Shown here: piece by piece, positions 18,301-25,529 of the stretch | Position numbering within the stretch: the first letter of the stretch is position 1 | Layout: the number at the start of each line of letters is the position of its first letter | Source of the DNA: a bacterium | Lineage (GTDB): Bacteria > Patescibacteriota > Minisyncoccia > Phycocordibacterales > UBA2100 | Direction: 5' to 3' | Assembly (NCBI GenBank): GCA_038128225.1 | Contig: JAYPJF010000002.1 | Location: 258,785-322,784 of the forward strand | Length of the DNA: 64,000 nucleotides | Program-made: the position numbers and the translations under genes | The notes under the pieces: generated by a model | What the model was told of the DNA's origin: nothing | The model's database searches: none | The model's input: the letters and a program-made list of their open reading frames with translations, nothing else

Positions 18301-19590
18301 ATGCAACGCATCCACTCAATGTATAAAGCGATGCACCGCGTAACACAGGACGTAGGCCCATGGTTTTTGTTTCTGTTCGTCATTTACGTTATTCTCCTCT
18401 TGAAAGTTATTACCTATCACACCATCTATGACAACGTATTTTTTGGGTTTTACAGCATCCTGATTACTACGTACATCCTTTCAAGATTCCTTCTCGCATA
18501 CATGCACAAACCAGTAATTCCTGACCCATCGTATGAGCCAAGCATCGCGTTCGTCGTTCCAGCAAAAAACGAGGAAGACAACATCGCCGAGACGTTGTAC
18601 CGGTTTGGTGCCGTCGATTATCCAAAAGAAAAAATTGAGGTGATCACCATTAACGATGGTTCGACTGACAAGACGTACGAACGAATGCTCGAGGCGGCTC
18701 AGGCCATCGCGCCAAAAGTTCGCCGCGTCGAGGTTGTTAATTGGGAAACGAACCGCGGAAAACGCCACGGCATGGCCGAAGGTGTCTTGCGTGCAACCCA
18801 CGATATCGTCGTGTTCATCGATTCCGATAGTTTTATCGAGCCTGATTGTGTTCGCCATTTAGTAAAGTACTTCGTGGACCCAGGAGTCGGCGCTGTGTCA
18901 GGGCACACCGATGTGTTTAACCGAGACACAAACCTCCTCACCCAAATGCAAGCAATTCGGTACTACATCGCATTTAAGGTATACAAAGCCGCAGAATCAG
19001 TGTTTGCAAACGTAACCTGTTGTCCAGGATGTTGCAGCGCATATCGACGCTCATACGTCTTGCCGTTCATCTATGAATGGCGAGATCAAATGTTTCTGGG
19101 CGAAAGATGCACGTTTGGAGACGACCGAGCGTTAACGAACTTTATCATTCGTTCGTATCGTGCCGTCTATTCACCTGAGGCACGGGCGCATACGGTTGTT
19201 CCAGATAACTTTGCGAAATATGTAAAACAGCAGCAGCGCTGGAAAAAGTCATGGATCAGAGAGACTTTCATCGCTTCTCTGTTTATGTGGCGCAAACATC
19301 CGCTTGCGGCTGCTTCTTTCTACTCATACGTTTTTCTCGCATTCGCGTCTCCTGTCGTCTTTTTCAGGGCCATGGTGTGGTATCCGATCATGCTTTCAAC
19401 GTGGCCGGTAGTGTACCTTATTGGACTCATGCTCATGCTTTTCTTGCACGGTCTTTACTATCGAATCCAAGTCGGGCCACGCGCGTGGCTTCTTGCGATA
19501 TGCAACTTCTGGTTTAACACGGTCATCCTCATGTGGCAGTTGCCGTGGGCAATTATTACTATCCGTGATTCCCGGTGGGGCACCCGATAA
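18301..19590 (+). CDS. Processive family-2 glycosyltransferase (NodC/HasA/chitin-synthase-like polysaccharide synthase)
   Basis: About 7 TM; VPAKNEE, INDGSTDKT, IDSDS, and the QQQRWKKSW (QxxRW) processivity motif. Confidence 0.85.
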   Translation: MQRIHSMYKAMHRVTQDVGPWFLFLFVIYVILLLKVITYHTIYDNVFFGFYSILITTYILSRFLLAYMHKPVIPDPSYEPSIAFVVPAKNEEDNIAETLYRFGAVDYPKEKIEVITINDGSTDKTYERMLEAAQAIAPKVRRVEVVNWETNRGKRHGMAEGVLRATHDIVVFIDSDSFIEPDCVRHLVKYFVDPGVGAVSGHTDVFNRDTNLLTQMQAIRYYIAFKVYKAAESVFANVTCCPGCCSAYRRSYVLPFIYEWRDQMFLGERCTFGDDRALTNFIIRSYRAVYSPEARAHTVVPDNFAKYVKQQQRWKKSWIRETFIASLFMWRKHPLAAASFYSYVFLAFASPVVFFRAMVWYPIMLSTWPVVYLIGLMLMLFLHGLYYRIQVGPRAWLLAICNFWFNTVILMWQLPWAIITIRDSRWGTR

Positions 19591-19593
19591 GAT

Positions 19594-21210
19594 ATGTATA
19601 TCCAACTTACTACTGCAAAAACCGTAGCGCTTCTTGCATTGCTCCTCGTTATGGCTACTGCGCTTTTCATGACCTGGAAACTCAAAATGAGCTGGTATGG
19701 AACAACTCCCCCTTTTTACTCGCTTGAACTAATGATGCGAGAACTAGCGCTGCGCACGCGATACTCGTTTGAGCGAACATTCATATACGCAACGCAGACT
19801 GCAAGCGCCGGCAGCGTAACACTCGCTGACACTCAGACGTTTGAACGCGAGCACACTGAGGCTGTGTCTGCCTATGCAATTCCCGTCCTCACTTACCACC
19901 GCATTTCAAAAAGCGAAAACGATTTTAATAACGTCACGACGAAGAATTTTCGCGACCAAATGTATATGCTTAAAAATGCAGGCTGGGAAACAGTGACACT
20001 CCGCGAGTTTGAGGAGTTTGTTCGCGGAGAACGGAGCCTGCCTCATCGTTCATTCTTACTGACATTTGACGACGGCGCGAAAGATAGCTTTTACCCTGTT
20101 GATCCGCTGTTAAAGACCTTGGGATACGAAGCGGTCATATATATTATCGCTGCATCAGCGCATACACCTGAAAGCACATACTATTTGTCTCCGACAGAGA
20201 TCAAGCGTCTACTTGCTACCGGACGCTGGGAGATAGGTTCGCATTCTTATGATGGACATCGCCCTTACTCTGGTGATGCGCAAGGTTCTTCAGCAATATT
20301 TTTCGCAGACAAGCTCTGGGTTCCTGATGCGGCGCGCATCGAAACCGAGGCAGAATTTAGCACTCGGGTGCACGACGACCTTTCGCGCGCCCGCGAAGAA
20401 CTTGAACAAGAATTTAACGTGCCCATTAACACATTTGCATTTCCTTTGGGAAATGAGACCGGCATCCAAGGCACAGCAAACTTCCCTCGTGGCGCATCTA
20501 TTACCGAACAAACAGCACGCTCGCTCTACGACATCGGATTCCTCCAAACCAACAACCAAGATTACACGTTTGTAGAACCAAATAATTCTTTTATCGCACG
20601 ACGCATACACGTTGATCACGACTGGGACGGCGAGCGACTCCTCGAAATCATGGAGAACGGCATCGAGAAAGAGTTGCCATGGAGCGATAGGTTTGAGCGA
20701 AACCGTGGCTGGATCCCAGCGTGGGGCTCACTTGACCTGGGGCGGAATAATTTGACACTGCGAGCACTTACCGACACATCAAGCGCTTCGACGTTTCTTG
20801 ATGGCAGCGCGTCGTGGGACAATTATTCGTTTGCGGCTTCGGCACAGTGGAGTAGTGGAACCATGTTTCTGCTTGCAGATGTCAGGAACGCAAAAACATA
20901 CCACGCTTGTGTTTTTTCTGACGGAGAAGTGAGTATTCAGAAAACAGTTGCTGGCGAAACAGCGATACTCGAGCGACGCGCGGTGGATGCAATCACGTAC
21001 GGCCCTGCGGTCCACGCAGGCATTCGTGTACACGGTGCGGTGATTGAATGTTTATGGGACTATGCCTCGGTACTAGAATCGTATGAGCGAACCGCAACGG
21101 GCGGCATCGGCATCCAAGTATGGAATCCTGAACTTGGTGCCGCGTCGCTTCAAGTTTCTGAAGTTCTCATTCGTGACTATGACGCAACCACGACACCGAA
21201 TACTCCTTAA
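19594..21210 (+). CDS. Polysaccharide deacetylase (CE4/NodB domain) with N-terminal TM and a C-terminal extension domain
   Basis: LLTFDDGAKDSFYPV and FAFPLGNE CE4 motifs; starts 4 nt after the GT2 stop. Confidence 0.8.
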   Translation: MYIQLTTAKTVALLALLLVMATALFMTWKLKMSWYGTTPPFYSLELMMRELALRTRYSFERTFIYATQTASAGSVTLADTQTFEREHTEAVSAYAIPVLTYHRISKSENDFNNVTTKNFRDQMYMLKNAGWETVTLREFEEFVRGERSLPHRSFLLTFDDGAKDSFYPVDPLLKTLGYEAVIYIIAASAHTPESTYYLSPTEIKRLLATGRWEIGSHSYDGHRPYSGDAQGSSAIFFADKLWVPDAARIETEAEFSTRVHDDLSRAREELEQEFNVPINTFAFPLGNETGIQGTANFPRGASITEQTARSLYDIGFLQTNNQDYTFVEPNNSFIARRIHVDHDWDGERLLEIMENGIEKELPWSDRFERNRGWIPAWGSLDLGRNNLTLRALTDTSSASTFLDGSASWDNYSFAASAQWSSGTMFLLADVRNAKTYHACVFSDGEVSIQKTVAGETAILERRAVDAITYGPAVHAGIRVHGAVIECLWDYASVLESYERTATGGIGIQVWNPELGAASLQVSEVLIRDYDATTTPNTP

Positions 21211-21378
21211 AAAATACAGCCGTGTGCGGTGGCCCTTTCATGAAAATGTCTCCACACCACGATCTTCATCAAAATCACACTTGACCACGCCCGCTGAGTC
21301 GATACGATTGTCGACGTGCCCCGTGCGCAAGCAACTAGTTTCGAGTCTGCGAACATATTTCGCGCCGAAATTATTTAT

Positions 21379-22239
21379 ATGAGTGCGGTTCGATTCATGA
21401 TCGCGAGTGTTCTAGTGGTAACGATTATCGTTTCGCTAGGAATGTACCTGCCGCCATTTCGTAAACCGCCTTCCGGTACGCCAGCAGTCATCACTGTCGC
21501 GCAACCGTTTATCTATTCATTTAATTCGTCAGGTATTTTATACGAAGCAGGCAGCGCAGAGCGCAGCACAAGCCCCTACTGGTGGCTCAACTCTGGCGCC
21601 AAAATGACTATCAACGAAAATGTCGGTGCGACAAATTACGGCTCGCTTGCCGCAACTGATCCGTGGCGGTTAATGTACGCGCTTTCGAATCCCCGTGATA
21701 CTGATAACGGATTTCATCCTCAGAATACGTTCAGGCTTGTGAGCAAGGCCGTGGTCGGCAACTCTCGTGTCGAGTCATTATTCATGATCGACGAGGACAA
21801 CTTTAGCAGTTCTTCGTATCGCAATGCCTCAAACGGACTCTTGTTGATGAATCGCTACATAACACAAGAAACTTTGTATTATGCCGGCATCCGTGTCGAT
21901 GGCACGGCAGTCATCAAAAAGAAATACAATGGCACCTACTATACCATGGCGCAAAAACCTATTTTTTCGGGCACGTACGTGCGCGAAAAAAACATGAATT
22001 TACTGCCGCATCATGAATGGATCGGGTTGCGCACCGATACCGTCACGCAACCTGATGGAAGCGTGCGTATCACGCTCTCGATGAAGCGTGAAAATGGCCC
22101 ATGGGAAAAAATTCTCGAAGCTCGCGACAACGGTTCCTCGTATGGCGCCACGCCACCCATCACGCAACTTGGACGTGCTGGAATCCGCACCGATTTCATG
22201 GACGTACAATTTGAATCGTTCAAAATAATGGCTCTGTAA
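21379..22239 (+). CDS. Hypothetical membrane-anchored/secreted protein (last gene of the EPS operon)
   Basis: N-terminal TM MSAVRFMIASVLVVTIIVSLG; no recognisable domain. Confidence 0.45.
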   Translation: MSAVRFMIASVLVVTIIVSLGMYLPPFRKPPSGTPAVITVAQPFIYSFNSSGILYEAGSAERSTSPYWWLNSGAKMTINENVGATNYGSLAATDPWRLMYALSNPRDTDNGFHPQNTFRLVSKAVVGNSRVESLFMIDEDNFSSSSYRNASNGLLLMNRYITQETLYYAGIRVDGTAVIKKKYNGTYYTMAQKPIFSGTYVREKNMNLLPHHEWIGLRTDTVTQPDGSVRITLSMKRENGPWEKILEARDNGSSYGATPPITQLGRAGIRTDFMDVQFESFKIMAL

Positions 22240-22342
22240 TTTTAGTTGAGATGGTATATTTACAGAGTTGGATTTAATGGTATAGTCTTTTCGGCCAGCA
22301 ATTGCTGGATCTATATAGGTTAAACACACAGAGGAGGTGTGG

Positions 22343-23278
22343 ATGTTCGTCACATTCACAAAAGGATTCGTGCTGCACGCATTGTGGCAGCATATGAAGA
22401 GTCTTTTCTACTTCCTGTGCATCATGGGGGTGGCGATCCTGCCACCCTTCGCAGTCACGTGGACGTATGATCGAACGCATACCGGTGCTGCTGATTTCGT
22501 CGCGCAAGCGCTTGCCTGGTGGCCACTCGCCTACGTCGCCGCGTTTTTTCTTACAGTAGCGGCGCACGAGGCGGCTGGTTACTACTTCTACCAGCGTCGC
22601 GTGCGAAACCTCGATGGAACCACGGTGGACGACATCGTGGTACCGCTCGCTGAGCGTGCCGGAATACCGATGCCAACCATCGTGGTAATGGAGAGAGAGC
22701 ACTTCTTCAACGCGGGCGCCATGCACAGCTTCTTTTTTGGAGGCAAGATCATCGTCATGGGAAAAATACAGGAGTTGTTTCGCGAAAACCCCGGCAGGTT
22801 TGCTGCCGTGCTCGCGCACGAAGTAGCGCACCTGAAACATCGGGACATGATCCCGATGTGGGCCATTGCAATCGTGCAGCAGGTGCTCACCTTCCATCGC
22901 CTCGCACTTCTCGGGGTTGCGGCGGTCGGATCCGCGTGGTCGCCAGAGCATCTCGTGTTCCTCTGGGCACTCTTCGGAGTGTTCTGGGTGCTCGAGATCG
23001 TGGTGAGGCTTCTCACTGCGGCCGTGAGCCGGGCGCGTGAATACGTTGCGGACGTCGGCGCACATGCGCTCACGAAGGACTACGAGCTGCGCGACGATCT
23101 CATCGCCGCCATGCTCACCTTGGAGAATATCAGTTCGGGGCTGCATCCGATGCGGATTCTCGAACAGACAGGGTGGGCCGTCTTCCGCTCGCACCCCACC
23201 ACCGCCGACCGCGCCCGTGCATTGAAAGTCACAGGGCGACTGGCCGGAAATGGCGACTTTGTCGTTTCCGCGGCGTGA
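22343..23278 (+). CDS. htpX: M48-family zinc metalloprotease (HtpX-like)
   Basis: HEVAHLKHRD (HExxH) with flanking TM helices; RBS GGAGG 7 nt upstream of ATG 22343. Confidence 0.8.
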   Translation: MFVTFTKGFVLHALWQHMKSLFYFLCIMGVAILPPFAVTWTYDRTHTGAADFVAQALAWWPLAYVAAFFLTVAAHEAAGYYFYQRRVRNLDGTTVDDIVVPLAERAGIPMPTIVVMEREHFFNAGAMHSFFFGGKIIVMGKIQELFRENPGRFAAVLAHEVAHLKHRDMIPMWAIAIVQQVLTFHRLALLGVAAVGSAWSPEHLVFLWALFGVFWVLEIVVRLLTAAVSRAREYVADVGAHALTKDYELRDDLIAAMLTLENISSGLHPMRILEQTGWAVFRSHPTTADRARALKVTGRLAGNGDFVVSAA

Positions 23279-23290
23279 CACGTAAGAATC

Positions 23291-23325
23291 GGGGCGGCCT
23301 ACGCATAGGCCGCCCCGCTTGTTTA
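23291..23325. terminator. Bidirectional terminator between convergent genes
   Basis: GGGGCGGCCTacgcatAGGCCGCCCCgcttgttt. Confidence 0.5.
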
Positions 23326-23931
23326 TGCATCATTCCATTTTTCCGGAGGCCCCTTGTCTGGAGAAACCTCATACGGTTTGAATGTAACATTCGGCGATTC
23401 GAGAGCCCCACCGAATGAAAACGTCACCTCTCCTCGACTCAATCCCGCCCGATCAGCTCCTCCATGTGCAAGAAGTGCGCTGATTCTCTTAAAGAGACCC
23501 TTCGCCCGCGGGTGTCCCATTGAGATCACACACGTATGCAGGTCAGCTCCCCAGCGTTCGCTGCGCACAAGAAGAACCAAGTCTGGTTCCCCGAGTACGC
23601 CAGCGTGAAGCGACTGCTGTGTAGTCATCTCATACAGGGTCATCGAAAGCTGCCCACGTTCGTAGAGATGACATCGATGATCGAGTGTTCCTCGCGAAGA
23701 TTCATTGAGCATGAAACCCGATAAGAACACCAGAACTACCAATACATGAGCGACCGCAACGTACCATGGCTCAACGTTTCGATAGCGTAGCCACAGATTG
23801 AGAATAAAGAGGACTGAAAGTGCTCCTGTTGCGAGCAGCAGAAGTTCTGCCGCACGCATCGAAATGCCGAGCGAAACCGAGAGTGCATCAAACGCCGACG
23901 CTTCCACCCACGTGTTCCATTGGTCATCCAT
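23323..23931 (-). CDS. Hypothetical membrane protein (2 TM plus soluble domain), third gene of the MotA-like operon
   Basis: TM segments LLLLATGALSVLFILNLWL and VAVAHVLVVLVFLSGFML; 4-nt gap to the upstream gene. Confidence 0.45.
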   Translation of the reverse strand: MDDQWNTWVEASAFDALSVSLGISMRAAELLLLATGALSVLFILNLWLRYRNVEPWYVAVAHVLVVLVFLSGFMLNESSRGTLDHRCHLYERGQLSMTLYEMTTQQSLHAGVLGEPDLVLLVRSERWGADLHTCVISMGHPRAKGLFKRISALLAHGGADRAGLSRGEVTFSFGGALESPNVTFKPYEVSPDKGPPEKWNDA

Positions 23932-23934
23932 AGA

Positions 23935-24609
23935 TCACCTTCCTGTCATTATTGCGGCAAGTTTGGTTGCTGGATATTTCTCGAGTACTTCCTCGAGAAG
24001 CTGACTTCTCTCATTCCACGTTGCGATGAGAAGCGTCAGTTCCTCGCCTGGTTTCGTGAGCGTAAACGGCACCGTAGCAATCAAGTGTTCATGCGCATTG
24101 TCCTTATCTTGAATCGCAAGGAGCTCGCCTTCAACCGGCATGGGCCCATTGTGAGTATTGTAGAGGTGCACATTGACCCAGCAACGCGTAAGCGGCGGGA
24201 CCTTACCAACGTCGGTGTTTGATTCCGCCTTCTCCATGTTGATGACCGAAGGGCCACCAAGATCGTCTTGCTTCAAAACGAGCCAGCTGCTGTGCAGCTG
24301 CCTGAAGTTAACCGTTGCGAGCCCATAATCACCTCGCAAACTCGCGCATCGTAGTGCCACATCAATGTCATGAGGCAATCCATCGCCCCAAGTGATCTGA
24401 ACATACAAGGCGGTTGGTGTTGCCGCCATGCGCTTGTCCGCCATATCTTTCGGTGGCGGATTGATGTGCGGTGTTGCAAGCCCAGAAAGAATGATGCCGG
24501 TCGCACTTGTGTTGACCAAGAGATCATTGAATGCCAGCAACATCGTAAGAAAGCCAACGCCGATGAACGCGCTCGTATGTTTCATCTCACTCCTCCGCGC
24601 CTTGCGCAT
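23935..24609 (-). CDS. Hypothetical single-pass membrane protein in the ExbD/TolR/MotB position
   Basis: N-terminal TM FIGVGFLTMLLAFNDLLV resembles the MotB/ExbD helix (DFMTAMMAF) but has Gly in place of the conserved Asp; 23-nt overlap with the MotA-like gene. Confidence 0.45.
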   Translation of the reverse strand: MRKARRSEMKHTSAFIGVGFLTMLLAFNDLLVNTSATGIILSGLATPHINPPPKDMADKRMAATPTALYVQITWGDGLPHDIDVALRCASLRGDYGLATVNFRQLHSSWLVLKQDDLGGPSVINMEKAESNTDVGKVPPLTRCWVNVHLYNTHNGPMPVEGELLAIQDKDNAHEHLIATVPFTLTKPGEELTLLIATWNERSQLLEEVLEKYPATKLAAIMTGR

Positions 24610-25366
24610 GCAACACGGGAAATACCACCGTGAACATCAGCTCACTGAGACGGTCCGCTATGTCCTCGATTCGAGGTTCACAGATGAGAGACTTTACGAG
24701 CGTCAAGATGACGCATCCTGAAAGTCCCAGTACACCCGCCATATACCCCATCCCAAGTCCAGAGAGCATCTGGAAGTTGAATTTCTGGACTTCGTCGAAA
24801 GTTACTGGAGTTTGCTGTCCAAAATATGAGAGGAAAATTCCGAGAACAGAACCCAGAATGCCGACGAAGAATAAGATGACGATCGCGCGCTCGAGCTGGG
24901 TCGTACCTCGCGCAACCGTCCGCATAACGATCTCTTCGAACGCTTTGCGATTGATAGGCTCGCCGGTATTGTGCTCGTGCGCAACTCGATGTCGCGTCGC
25001 GAGCATGCAGAACGCACGCGTGATTGCCCCTGGCTGCTTCGTTGCGAGCGCTTGCGCAAGCATAGCGTTCAAGATTCCTGCACGCTTACGAGGTTCTTCA
25101 ACCCCGAGAAGCGCGTCAGAAAACAGGCGCAATTGTGCGTCATCGTCCGAAAGACGCCACACTACCGAATGCGCATACGCATACAGCACAGCAATGATTG
25201 CAAGTACGACAACCGCAATTGCAAAGGAAGCTGGCCGTTCGTTGAACGTGATAGCAAACTGCTTGCTGTCACTATTGAGTGCAAGAAGAAATCCTGCTAC
25301 CACCAGTACCACGGTGAGCGCACAGAAACGCTCATAGGCGCTCCATTGTGTGAGTTTTAGAGACAT
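24587..25366 (-). CDS. MotA/TolQ/ExbB-family proton-channel protein
   Basis: 4 TM; ILGSVLGI (compare ExbB LLGTVWGI) and AGVLGLSGCV in the last two helices, characteristic of MotA_ExbB. Confidence 0.65.
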   Translation of the reverse strand: MSLKLTQWSAYERFCALTVVLVVAGFLLALNSDSKQFAITFNERPASFAIAVVVLAIIAVLYAYAHSVVWRLSDDDAQLRLFSDALLGVEEPRKRAGILNAMLAQALATKQPGAITRAFCMLATRHRVAHEHNTGEPINRKAFEEIVMRTVARGTTQLERAIVILFFVGILGSVLGIFLSYFGQQTPVTFDEVQKFNFQMLSGLGMGYMAGVLGLSGCVILTLVKSLICEPRIEDIADRLSELMFTVVFPVLHAQGAEE

Positions 25367-25490
25367 GACTCGCTCCTTTTCTTTCCCTATTCACTGCCGA
25401 AGGGCAGTCCACTTTCGTTTATACGCTCCCCACTGGATGCGTCAAGCAAAAAACTCTTGTGGATAGTCCTTTTTTGATGCACAGCAGAAA

Positions 25491-25516
25491 CACCGGCGGC
25501 GAATTCGCCGCCGGTG
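25491..25516 (-). terminator. Hairpin downstream of the large surface-protein gene
   Basis: CACCGGCGGCGaattCGCCGCCGGTG, a perfect 11-bp palindromic stem. Confidence 0.4.
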
Positions 25517-25529
25517 TTGGCTGCTACCA

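Noticed and set aside
22274-23281. 335-aa minus-strand ORF fully overlapping the M48 protease gene
   Set aside because: His/Arg/Glu-rich low-complexity translation with no motifs. The plus-strand frame has a clear HExxH protease with TM helices and an SD. It is an antisense shadow ORF in a GC-rich gene.
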